DNA of 64,000 bases from contig NIVC01002417.1 of the NCBI GenBank assembly GCA_002269645.1, forward strand, positions 112,905 through 176,904, in the 5' to 3' direction. This document shows, in pieces, positions 49,501 through 61,290 of the stretch; the stretch's first letter is position 1; the number at the start of each line of letters is the position of its first letter. Source of the stretch: Macrostomum lignano (Eukaryota). The translations under genes and the position numbers were made by a program. A model generated the notes under the pieces. It was not told the DNA's origin and made no database searches. It saw only the letters and a program-made list of their open reading frames with translations.

Positions 49501-52470
49501 ATCCCTATCTAAAAAATCCCAAGTTCGAGTTTTTGATCCCAAATATCACAACCCAAAAATCCTTTCGCCATTCCAGTCGACTCCGCCGAACAATCCGACC
49601 GCTTCGCTGCTGCAACTGCTTCGCTGCCTGTCAGGCGCTATGGTTGTTCTTCGTCGTTGCCGAGTTAACGCCGCCTTGACAATTCAGCTGTTCTCTCAGC
49701 TGTTTCACTACGTTAACGCCTGCGTTTTCAATCAGCTGGTGTCGCCTCAGGCAGCCGGGGAAGCCGCTTCCGGTTACCTGACGGCCAGTTGGGGCGACTT
49801 GCTGTTGCGCAGGTTGGAGCGAGTGAAAGCGTGGGCGGAGAGGCAGGGCTTGGAGCTGGCCGCCGAGTGCCATTTGGCCAGGTGAGACTTCTGTTTAATT
49901 GGGTTGAAGATTGTCTTAAAAATTGCTTTTGAAGCATTCCTGAGAATCATTTCTAAGAATCATTCCTGAAGCATTCCTGAGAATCATTCCTGAAGCATTC
50001 CTGAGAATCATTTCTAAGAATCATTCCCGCAGCATTCCTGAGAATCATTTCTAAGAATCATTCCTAAAGCATTCCTGAGAATCATTTCTAAGAATCATTC
50101 CTGAAGTATTCCTGAAGCATTCCTGAGAATCATTTCTTAAGAATCGTTCCTGAAGCATTACTGAGAACCATTCCTGAAGTATTCCTGAGAATCATTTCTT
50201 AAGAATCGTTCCTGAAGCATTACTGAGAATTATTCCTGAAGTATTCCTGAAGCATTCCTGAGAATCATTTCTAAGAATCGTTCCTGAAGAATTACTGAGA
50301 ATCATTCCTGGAGTATTCCTGAAGCATTCCTGAGGCTTTCCTGAAGCATTCCTGAGAATCATTTCTAAGAATCGTTCCTAAAGCATTCCTGAGAATCATT
50401 CCTGAGGCTTTCCTGAAGCATTCCTGAAAATCATTTCTAAGAATCGTACCTAAAGCATTGCTGAGAATCATTCCTGAAGTATTCCTGAAGCATTCCTGAG
50501 AATCATTTCTTAAGAATCATTCCTGAAGCATTACTCAGAATCATTCATGAAGTATTCCTGAAGCATTCCTGAGAATCATTTCTAAGAATCGTTCCTAAAG
50601 CATTACTGAGAATCATTCCTGAAGTATTCCTGAAGCATTCCTGAAACATTTTTAAGAATCTTTCCTGAAGCATTCCTAAGAATCATCCCTGAAGCATTCC
50701 TGAGAATCATTCCTGAAGAATTCCTGAGAATCATTCCTGAAGCATTCCTGAGAATCATTCCTGAATCATTCCTGAGAATCATACCTGAAGCATTCCTGAG
50801 AATCATACCTGAAGCATTCCTGAGAATCATTCCTAAAGCATTCCTGAGAATCATTCCTGAAGCATTCCTGAGAAGCATTCCTGAGAATCATTCCTGAAGC
50901 ATTCCTGAGAATCATTCCTGAAGCATTCCTGATAATCATTCCTGAAGCATTCCTGAGAATCATTCCTGAAGCATTCCTGAGAATCATTCCTGAAGCATTC
51001 CTGAGAATCATTCCTGAAGCATTCCTGAGAATCATTCCTGAAACCGGCGCCTGCACATTTTCTAAGAATAATGCAAAAATTTTAACTTACCCTTTGACGT
51101 AAACAGGCTATTTTTTATATAGCCGAGTTAATGCTGGCTTGCTAGATAGTATCTGACATCAAATTATTATGATTTATGCATATATTGACTGAATAACAAA
51201 GGAAATAATAATATATAATTAATAATTAATTAATCATATACAGAAGTGTCCAAGCGTGCCACCTTCTACTATGCGACAAATCAGATTTCAACGCTGTATC
51301 AGAGACTGCCGCTAATTGTTTGCGCTTAAACTCCATTCAAACTGGAGCACTACTGGCTGGCTTCAGGCCGCCGCTGCCGCGCACCTGGATTGACAGCTTA
51401 GTTGAAGCGGCCAGGCAGTCGGCCGATCCTCTACACGAAGAGGAAGGCCTGGCTATTGAACTGTTAGAAGAGCCGGATCTTAATCTGCCACTGCTCCTGC
51501 CCGACGATGGGTACACCTGCGATGCTCCACTGGGGATGCCGAACGGCTTGGAGGAATTCCTCACGCCGCTGGCCCGGCAGGGTCTCTGCCAGGTGGTGCC
51601 GCATCCAGCCCATCAGAGAGCTGACGGCTTGTGGACTGTCTATATGCAGATTGATGGCGAAATTACTGACGACTCTGCTGATGGAAAGAGACCGGTGCAG
51701 CAGCAACAGCAGCAGGTAATGAAGATGCTGAGCGTGTGGTCTTCAGATTGAATTCAGGGTTTTAGTGACTGTGGTCTTCAGATTGAATTCATAATTAGTG
51801 ACTGTGGTCCTCAGATTGAATTCATAATTAGTGACTGTGGTCCTCAGATTGAATTCATAATTAATGACTGTGGTCCTCAGATTGAATTCATAATTAGTGA
51901 CTGTGGTCCTCAGATTGAATTCATAATTAGTGACTGTGGTCCTCAGATTGAATTCAGGGTTTTAGTGAATGTGGTCCTCAGACATCCAATGCCTGCATGG
52001 TCCAATAATTCCATAATTACAGGTGGAAAGTCAACGTGATTCCAGCCGCCTCTCTCAGCATGAGCAGCAGCAACAGCAACAGGTCCTTAAGCCAGCTGTA
52101 CAGCAAATCCAGCTAGCTAAATACAATAACTCTCTGGGTTTGAGCATAGTCTCAGCCACGGCTCTAGCTGGTCCTGATCAGGGCGTTGTTGGCACCTACG
52201 TGAAGGCTGTGATACCTGGCGGCGCCGCGGACAGAGATGGCCGCATAGAGACTGGCGATCAGCTGCTGGCTGTTAACGGCCTGTCTCTGGTTGGACTGTC
52301 CCAGAGAGAGGCTGCTGGCGTGCTTCAGGTGTGTGCAGCAATCAGATTTTTTTAGTTAGTTAGTCAGTTAGTCGGTTAGTTAGTTAGTTAGTTTGTTTGT
52401 TTGTTTGTTAGTTAGTTAGTCAGTTAGTTTGTTTGTTTGTTAGTTAGCTAGTTAGTTTGTTTGTTTGTTT

Positions 52471-52516
<46 letters not shown>

Positions 52517-52552
52517 CAGTTAGTTAGTTTGTTTGTTTGTTTGTTAGTTAGC

Positions 52553-52592
<40 letters not shown>

Positions 52593-55031
52593 CAGTTAGT
52601 TAGTTAGTTTGTTTGTTTGTTAGTTAGCTAGTTAGTTAGTTAGTTAGTTTGTTTGTTTGTTTGTTTGTTTGTTAGTTAGTTAGTCAGTCAGTCGGTTAGT
52701 TAGTTTGTTAGTTAGTCAGTCAGTTAGTTAGTTAGTTTGTTTGTTTGTTAGTCAGTTAGTTAGTTTGTTTGTTTGTTTGTTTGTTAGTTAGCTAGTTAGT
52801 TAGTTTGTTAGTTAGTTTGTTTGTTTGTTAGTCAGTCAGTTAGTTAGTTAGTTTGTTTGTTTGTTAGTTAGTTAGTTAGTCAGTCAGTTAGTTAGTTAGT
52901 TTGTTTGTTAGTTAGTTAGCTAGTTAGTTAGCTAATTAGCTAGTTAGTTAGTTAAGTTAGTTGATTAGTGACCCTAGTTAATTAGTGACCCTCAGTTGAA
53001 TGTGTTAGGACGCTACCATGCCTCATACGCACTGCAAGTGTCAAGGTCAGCTTGTCAGAAGAAGTACGCTAAGAACTTTTTTCTGTTGACATTCTCAGCG
53101 CACCGGCCAGTCAGTCGGCCTGACGGTGGCCAAACGAGCCGACAGATTTCACGGCCTGGCTGAAATACTGAGGCAGCCCAGTCCGCCGAGGTCGCCTGCG
53201 CTTCCTGGGCATCCAAAACAGCAGCAGCCGCAGCAGCAGCAGATGACGCCGCCGTCTCCGCAGCAGCAGCAGCCACAACAACAACCAAGACCAGGTTCTC
53301 AGCATTTTCAGCAGCAACAAAGACCCATGCCGCAGCAGGAACAACAGAAACAAAGACCCATGCCACAGCAGGAACAACAGCAACAAAGACCCATGCCACA
53401 GCAGCAACAAAGACCTCTGCCACAACAACAGCAACAACAGCAGCAACAAAGACCTCTGCCACAGCAACAGCAACAACAGCAGCAACAAAGACCTCTGCCG
53501 CAACAGCAACAACAACAGCAACAGCAGCAGCAACAAGGACCTCAGCATCAGAGGCCGCTGTCTAGCATGCCGCCTCCGCCTCAGGCGCAGCAGCCGCAGC
53601 CACCGCAGCCACCGCAGCAGCAGCATTATCAGACAATGCAACGACCTGGCAAGCATTCTGCTAACCGCTACCAACAGCAGCAGCAGATGCCGGGTCCGCA
53701 GCGAGCCAAATCAACATCTAACATGCTTGACGATGTTAACAATAGTAACAGTAGCGCTAGAGCCGTATTAACCGGCGGCACGCGGCGAACTTCAACGTCG
53801 AATAACTACGCCGACGAGGCCGCAGCCAGAGCCGCCGTTGACAGTTTGCGTCGTCAGGATCATCAGCCTTATCAGCCTCAGCCTCATCAGCCTCAGCCTC
53901 ATCAGCCTCAGCCTCATCAGCGCCAGCCGCCCAGAGTGATCACTCCGATGGACGCGCCTAAAGTAGTTATAAAGCAGGGCCGCCGGGCAGCGCCAATGAT
54001 AACAACAGTCGCTCGTCTCTGTCTGGCAGTCAATCGTCTTTAACTCTGCGCTCGTCGCGTCAGCCACCGCAACAGCCTTTAACAGCAACAAGTACTACTG
54101 GGGTGTTTGTTGCCAAGCCGGCTCAGGCTGTGCTGGACTCGCCAGCCGCACCGTCTAGTCCTGACGCTACCAGCAGCGCTAGCGGCGCCACCTATATGAA
54201 CCTGCCGCCGCCGCCCAAGCCTATTGAAGACCGCGCCCTGTTCTTTGGCCAGCGACACCCGCCTCCGCCACCATCTGGGTTGCAGCAGCGGTGAGGGGTT
54301 ATTTGACTAGTCTGTTCAGATTTTTGTGCTTGCTCTGTGTTCTCATGGTGAGATTCTGATGAGATTCGGGTGAAATATGGATTATTCTCAGGGTGAGATT
54401 TAGATAAAATATGGATAATTCTCATGGTGAGATTTTGATGAGATTCGGGTGAAATATGGATGATTCTCAGGGTGAGATTTAGATAAAATATGGATAATTC
54501 TCATGGTAAGATTTTGGTGAGATTCGGGTGAAATATGGATGATTCTCATGGTGAGATTTTGGTGAGATTCGGGTGAGATTCTCAGGGTGAGATTTTGGTG
54601 TAATTCGGGTGAAATATAGATGATTCTCATGGTGAGATTTTGGTGAGATTCGGGTGAAATATGGATGATTCTCATGGTGAGATTTCGGTGAAATATGGAT
54701 GATTCTCATGGTGAGATTTTGGTGAGATTCGGGTGAGATTCTCAGGGTGAGATTTTGGTGTAATTCGGGTGAAATATGGATGATTCTCATGGTGAGATTT
54801 TGGTGAGATTCGGGTGAAATTCTCAGTGTGAGATTTTGGTGTAATTCGGGTGAAATATGGATGATTCTCAGGGTGAGACTTTGTTGAAATTCGAGTAAAA
54901 TATGGCTGATTCTCACAGTAAGATCCTACGCTCAATTCAGCTATGCTCCATCGGCGGCTGAGCTCAATAAGACTGCTCAACGAGTTCGCACGCCTAGTCC
55001 TCAGCCACCGCCGCCGCCTCAGCATCAGCAT

Positions 55032-55067
<36 letters not shown>

Positions 55068-58000
55068 CACTCGTCTGGACCGCTGAATCGTCTAGCTGAA
55101 ATGCGGGCCAGACTGCGCGAACTTGAAGACGAGCTTCAACGGATTGGCACTCTGGACAGAGACGACCGGCTCAAGCTGGACTATCTGCGCGTTGAGGTGC
55201 CCTTCCAGGAGCGAGTGCTGGCCGAGGAGCAGGGCTACGAAGAGGACAGATCGAGCGAGGATAGCGCTGCTGTGAGTTGCCCAGCCTGTTGAACTGTGCA
55301 GGCTTGTGCAGCGCCATTTGATTATTACCTGTAGAAGCCAAATAGGCTGATTTATCTCTCTGAGAAGTTCTGCAGTTCCTAGGTTGTTATTAAAACTGTC
55401 TATATCATCACTCTTGTCTTTTCTGCTCTCCCTACGCCTCTTCACACTCCTCTCTACACCTTTTCCCCCTCTCCTCTACACCCTCTCCTCTCCTCTCTAT
55501 ACTCTCCCCTCTCCTCTCTACTCTCCCTCTCCTCTCTACTCTCTCCTCTCCTCTCTACACTCTCCTCTCCTCTCTACACTCTCTCCTCCTCTCCTCTACA
55601 CTCTCCCCCTCTCCTCTCTACACTCTCCTCCTCTCTTCTCTACACTCTCTCCTCTTCTCCTCTCTACACTCTCCCCTCTCCTCTCTACACTCTCCCCCTC
55701 TCCTCTCTACACTCTCCTCCTCTCCTCTACACTCTCCTCTCCTCTCTACACTCTCTCCTCCTCTCCTCTACACTCTCCCCCTCTCTCTCTACACTCTCCT
55801 CCTCTCTTCTCTACACTCTCTCCTCTTCTCCTCTCTACACTCTCCCCCTCTCCTCTCTACACTCTCCCCCTCTCCTCTACACTCTCCCCCTCTCCTCTCT
55901 ACACTCTCCCCCTCTCCTCTCTACTCTCTCCTCTCCTCTCTACACTCTCCTCTCCTCTCTACACTCTCCTCCTCTCCTCTACACTCTCCCCCTCTCCTCT
56001 CTACACTCTCCCCCTCTCCTCTCTACTCTCTCCTCTCTTCTCTACACTCTCCTCTCCTCTCTACACTCTCCTCTCTTCTCTACACTCTCCTCTCCTCTCT
56101 ACACTCTCCTCTCCTCTCTACACTCTCCCCCTCTCCTCTCTACACTCTCCCCCTCTCCTCTCTACACTCTCCTCCTCTCCTCTACACTCTCCTCTCCTCT
56201 CTACACTCTCTCCTCCTCTCCTCTACACTCTCCCCCTCTCCTCTCTACACTCTCCTCCTCTCTTCTCTACACTCTCTCCTCTTCTCCTCTCTACACTCTC
56301 CCCCTCTCCTCTCTACACTCTCCCCTCTCCTCTCTACACTCTCCTCCTCTCCTCTACACTCTCCCCCTCTCCTCTCTACACTCTCCCCCTCTCCTCTCTA
56401 CTCTCTCCTCTCCTCTCTACACTCTCCTCTCCTCTCTACACTCTCCTCCTCTCCTCTACACTCTCCCCTCTCCTCTCTACACTCTCCCCTCTCCTCTCTA
56501 CTCTCTCCTCTCTTCTCTACACTCTCCTCTCCTCTCTACACTCTCCTCTCTTCTCTACACTCTCCTCTCCTCTCTACACTCTCCTCTCCTCTCTACACTC
56601 TCCTCCTCTCCTCTCTACACTCTCAGCCTCTCCCTCTACACTCTCAGCCTCTCCTCTCTACACTCTCAGCCTCTCCTCTCTACACTCTCAGCCTCTCCTC
56701 TCTACACTCTCTCTCTGCACCTTCCTCTTTCCATTCTACACCCTCCTCTGTACCTTCTTCCCCCTCTTTACCTTTCTCTATCCCTGTCCCTCCATCTCAA
56801 CTAGTCCTACATAAACACGGCCTTCATAATCTTACAATCTAAAATATTTTTTTCGATACATATCGCCATCGTTTTTCTTAACCTACCCAACAGATCCGAG
56901 CGATGCGCCTTCGTGAAGTTCGCGAAACAGTGGAAAGAAACGCCGCCCGTCGTGAAGCCCAAGAAGAGGCCGAACGGCGCCAGCGCGCTGCCGAGGCCGC
57001 CCAGCGCCAGCGCGAATCACTCGAACTGTACGAGCGCGAACGACAAGTAGAGAAGCAGCGCGAGGAGGCGCGCCAAGCCGAAAGAATGCGCCAACACGAG
57101 GAGTGGCTTCGCGATCAGCAGCGCCGCAGCGGCCTCGGCAGATACAGCGGCGCCGCCGATGACGATGACGATGAATCGACCTCGTCGTCTTCATCGTCCG
57201 AGGATGGGGAGGAAGACCAGGCCCAGGCCAGTCGCGAGCGGGAGCGTCAAAGAACTCTCGAGCGGAGCGTCGGCAGCAGGAGGAGGCGGAGCTTAAACGG
57301 AAATTGCAGCAGCAGCAACTGCAGCAGGTTGGGCTGAGGCACTGTCGGTTCAGGCTGTGAGATTGTAGGTTCAGGCTGTGAGATTGTAGGTTCAGGCTGT
57401 GAGATTGTCTGTTCAGGCTGTGAGATTGTAGGTTCAGGCTGTGAGATTGTAGGTTCCGGCTGTGAGACTGTAGATTCAGGCTGTGAGATTGTAGGTTCAG
57501 GCTGTGAGATTGTCTGTTCAGGCTGTGAGACTGTAGGTTCAGGCTGTGAGACTGTAGGTTCAGGCTGTGAGATTGTAGGTTCAGGCTGTGAGATTGTAGG
57601 TTCAGGCTGTGAGATTGTCGGTTCAGGCTGTGAGATTGTAGGTTCAGGCTGTGAGATTGTAGGTTCAGGCTGTGAGACTGTAGGTTCAGGCTGTGAGATT
57701 GTAGGTTCAGGCTGTGAGACTGTAGGTTCAGGCTGTGAGACTGTAGGTTCAGGCTGTTAGACTGTAGGTTCAGGCTGTGAGATTGTAGGTTCAGGCTGTG
57801 AGATTGTCGTTCAGCCCTTCAGACTGTAGGTTCAGCCCTTCAGACTGTAGGTTCAGCCTTCAGACTGTAGGTTCAGTCCTTCAGACTGTAGATTCAGCCC
57901 TTCAGACTGTAGGTTCAGCCCTTCAGACTGTAGATTCAGCCCTTCAGGCTAGAGTTTTCCAGGCTGTTGAGTTCAAGAGCATTCAAGTTGTGACATCAAG

Positions 58001-60409
58001 GTTCACAATTGTTCTCAAATGTAATTTCAGGAAGAATCTGAACGCCGTCGCAAGCAAGACGAATCGGAGCGTCTACTTAGACAAGTAGTAAGTTGACGAA
58101 TTCCCATTTTTAAACTAGATTTGAATACAGGCTGCAGAAACTTTATTTGTCTGTGAACTTTCTACAGGAGGAAGACCAAAGGCGAAAGCAGGCAGAACGA
58201 GAGGCTTCGGAACGCGAAAAAATGCAAAGAGTGAGCGCTCGCTAATTTGCATATAGTGACGAAAAAAGGAACTGAAATGTTTTATGCGCTTCTAGTTAGC
58301 AGTTTGTGTTTAATTAATTTGCTAATTCTAATAAAGTTGTTAAAATCCTTTATTGGTAAGGATTTCACTTTCTTAGTAGTAGTGAAACAGAGAAAGCTTT
58401 GTTTATTTAAGGTGTAAATTCCAGGCTAAACTTTTGTGACTAACTGTTTCTATTATACGAGTACTTACTTTACTATTTAAAGTAAGCTGGAAGCAAAAAG
58501 CTCTTGACCAAAACCGCTCTTGACCAAAACCGCTCTTGACCAAAACAACTCCTGACCAAAACCACTCCTGACCAAACCCACTCCTGACCAAAACTACTAA
58601 CCAAAGCCACTCCTGACCAAAACTACTGACCAAAACTACTCCTGACCAAAACCGCTCCTGATCAAAACTACTCCTGACCAAAACCGCTCCTGACCAAAAC
58701 TACTCCTGACCAAAACTACTCCTGACCAAAACCGCTCCTGACCAAAACTACTCCTGACCAAAACCACTCCTGACCAAACCACTCCTGACCAAAACTACTC
58801 CTGACCAAACCCACTCCTGACCAAAACTACTCCTGACCAAACCCACTCCTGACCAAAACCACTCCTGACCAAAACCACTCCTGACCAAAACTACTCCTGA
58901 CCAAACCACTCCTGACCAAAACTACTCCTGACCAAACCCACCCTGACCAAAACCACTCCTGACCAAACCCACTCCTGACCAAAACTACTCCTGACCAAAC
59001 CCACTCCTGACCAAACCCACTCCTGACCAAAACTGTCATTAAAAAACCGCTCAGGAAGCCGCCGCGGAGCGCCGCCGTCAGGAGGACGCCGAGTTGGCCG
59101 CGGCCGCCGCCGAAACGGAGCGTCGCCTTCTAGCCGAGGCCGAGGAGGAAGAGCGGCTTCGTCGCCAGATGGAAGAGGAATGGCGCCGCAAAGATGAAGA
59201 ACGAATGCGCCGATTTGCGAACTCGAAGCCCAGCAACAACAGTTGGAGCAGTCTCGAAAGCGCCAGTCCGAGGATCAGGAGGAGCTGGAAAGACAGGCCC
59301 GACTGCGTCAGATACTGCAGGTATTCCCGCCGTTTCAGAATTGGAAAAGTCATGACCTTAAATGTTATTTTTGTGAAATGTGTGCCACCCCAGCCCCAGG
59401 GGGGGGGGGGGGGTAGGGGGCATAGCCTAATGGTCTACCGTTAAAAAAGACCGTAACAAGCACGACAAATCGCGCATCCTGTGAGTTGTAGAATCGTAAA
59501 ATAGTCGCGAAAAAAGCCGTCCAAGAATCGTTGTGTCTGACTTATCAGTAGGCTAGTCAGCGCACTCACAAACAAACGATTCTAGCACGCCTCAGATACG
59601 ACTCTACGACCCCAGATTCGAATTGATTCTTGGGGGACTCTTTTGTCAACTTTTCGGCAACTTTTACCTTCACATCACTCAATGACTCAACAACTCAACG
59701 ACTTCTTGGCCTCTGATATGCAATATTGGAATCTCGGCTTGGCTCTTCTCGTGCTATTAACTTTAATTGTACATGCCTGACGAAATAAAGTAGGGTCGCT
59801 GTACACTCCTGTGTGAGTGTGTGCCTGCTCAGGGGGGTCGGCGAAATGGGCAGCAATGCCTCTCGCCGGTTGAGCGACAAGGTCGCTTAAAGTGCACCGT
59901 TAACCTTCTTGCAGGCTCGCGGCTCTACAGCTGGCGGAGTGACTGCCGCCCGCCACGCCGCCGTCCTCCACTATCCCTAAAAAGTCGGTCAGCTTCGATA
60001 AAAATCTGAATAATAGCGGCACCACAGCGTCGGAGCATAATCACGAAGACATTGTTCGAGTACAGCGGCATTAGTAAGCCGCCTCCGCCGCCGGTGAAGC
60101 CGAAAAGCCCACTAATTCGTCTTCTCGGCCGACTAGCGGCTATTTCGACTACTCGCACCTCAGCAGCAAGTCTGTGACAGTAATCGGCGCCCAGGAGGTC
60201 TATCGGATCCGCTGTTGCGCGGCGCCAATCGTCAACAACGTCGCGACGTTGACGGCGACGCCGGGGTAGAGCGGTTGAGTTTTCACGACAAAATGCGCCG
60301 ATTCGCTGGCGGCGACGAGTCCAATATTATCCAGTATAAGCGCAGCAAGGCTAGCAGCGCCCAGCGGATGTTCGACCGGCCCGATGACTACGACGAGGAG
60401 GGCAATTAA
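43527..60409 (+). CDS. AFDN: Afadin / AF-6 / canoe (RA1-RA2-FHA-DIL-PDZ-Pro/Gln-rich-coiled coil-C-terminal motifs); 3' half contains several apparent frameshifts
   Basis: Exons 43527-43946 (WNENRLDLFEIS, MRFYFQ, KCLRVSSTAT), 45365-45589, 46265-46579 (LKVYGDALKPDIPYK), 47038-47719 (LPYLVELNADGSD, FHA), 48211-48743, 49577-49881 (LRRCRVNAALTIQLFSQLFH), 51244-51715 (LLLPDDGYTCD), 52023-52328 (PDZ, LGLSIV), 53099-54290, ~54923/54941-55271, 56894-57330, 58031-58087, 58168-58230, 59055-59320 and 59915-60409 (KKSVSFD, VIGAQEVYR-DP, ERLSFHDKM). Confidence 0.95.
44011..45080. repeat. 21-24 bp array TGACACCCAGCTTGAGACTTC(TCC), afadin intron 1
   Basis: Seen directly. Confidence 0.95.
45670..46152. repeat. 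~34-bp array GAGGCTATGAGATTTTGATACTGTAAGCC..., afadin intron 2
   Basis: About 14 copies. Confidence 0.9.
46640..47000. repeat. Degenerate CTTTCCAAGAATCG array, afadin intron 3
   Basis: Seen directly. Confidence 0.8.
47740..48165. repeat. GGGATTTAGATTTGGGATCT-type array, afadin intron 4
   Basis: Seen directly. Confidence 0.85.
48757..49545. repeat. ~44-bp array ATCCCAAAGATCCCTATCTAAGAAATCCCA..TTCGAGTC, afadin intron 5
   Basis: Seen directly. Confidence 0.9.
49933..51042. repeat. 12/24-bp array TCCTGAGAATCATTCCTGAAGCAT, afadin intron 6
   Basis: Seen directly. Confidence 0.95.
51737..51982. repeat. 33-bp array TAGTGACTGTGGTCCTCAGATTGAATTCATAAT, afadin intron 7
   Basis: About 7 copies. Confidence 0.9.
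52354..52960. repeat. (TTAG/TTTG)n tetranucleotide microsatellite, afadin intron 8
   Basis: Seen directly. Confidence 0.95.
54340..54915. repeat. GAGATTCGGGTGAAATATGGATGATTCTCATGGT-type array, afadin intron 9
   Basis: Seen directly. Confidence 0.9.
55436..56710. repeat. Pyrimidine-rich CTCTCCTCTCTACACT array, afadin intron 10
   Basis: Seen directly. Confidence 0.95.
57348..57947. repeat. 21-bp array GGTTCAGGCTGTGAGATTGTA, afadin intron 11
   Basis: About 28 copies including a variant block. Confidence 0.95.
58505..59033. repeat. 16-bp array TCCTGACCAAAAC(T/C)AC, afadin intron 13
   Basis: Seen directly. Confidence 0.95.
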
Positions 60410-60544
60410 ACTTTAGGTTTATTATTAGTAATGGAAATTCATTTTTAATTCGATTCCGCATATTCATCAAGTTTAAAACAAAGCGCCCGAGAAATGTTAT
60501 AAGGGTTATCTGAAAGTTATAGATTTTATGGGAAGAATAATCGA

Positions 60545-61290
60545 TTTTTTTACCGGTAAAAGTTATCGTTTTTCATTTTATCGGTAAAACTATCGATTTT
60601 CATTTTATCGGTAAAATAATAATCGATTTTCATTTTATCGTTAAAATTATCGATTTTCATTTTATCGTTAAAATTATCGATTTTCATTTTATCGGTAAAA
60701 CTATCGATTTTGATTTTATAGGTAAAATTATCGATTTTCATTTTATCGTTAAAATTATCGATTTTCATTTTATCGGTAAAACTATCGATTTTGATTTTAT
60801 CGGTAAAATAATCGATTTTCATTTTATCGTTAAAATTATCGATTTTCATTTTATCGGTAAAACTATCGATTTTGATTTTATCGGTAAAATTATCGATTTT
60901 CATTTTATCGGTAAAACTATCGATTTTGATTTTATCGGTAAAATTATCGATTTTCATTTTATCGTTAAAATTATCGATTTTCATTTTATCGGTAAAACTA
61001 TCGATTTTGATTTTATCGGTAAAATTATCGATTTTCATTTTATCGGTAAAACTATCGATTTTCATTTTATCGGTAAAATAATCGATTTTCATTTTATCGT
61101 TAAAATTATCGATTTTCATTTTATCGGTAAAACTATCGATTTTGATTTTATAGGTAAAATAATCTATTTTCATTTTGCCAGTGACATTATCGATTTAGTT
61201 TTATCAAATGAAAATGATCGATTTTATCGATTCTTGGATCATTACAGTGCCATCGATTTTTATTTTGTCGGTAAAATTATCGATTTCATA
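60545..61290. repeat. 27-bp array TTTCATTTTATCGGTAAAATTATCGAT downstream of afadin
   Basis: Seen directly. Confidence 0.95.

Noticed and set aside
52354-52960. Interstitial telomeric repeat
   Set aside because: Units are TTAG/TTTG tetramers, not TTAGG or TTAGGG.
55384-56814. 476-aa S/P/L-rich ORF
   Set aside because: Pyrimidine satellite in afadin intron 10.
59931-59942. In-frame TGA (CTG GCG GAG TGA CTG CCG) as selenocysteine or programmed read-through
   Set aside because: The region contains several other frame disruptions, no SECIS was recognised, and sequencing error or decay is more parsimonious.
257-60409. Functional clustering of small-GTPase pathway genes (RhoGAP, Ras-like, Rab-like, afadin)
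   Set aside because: These families are large in animal genomes, and nothing in the sequence shows co-regulation.
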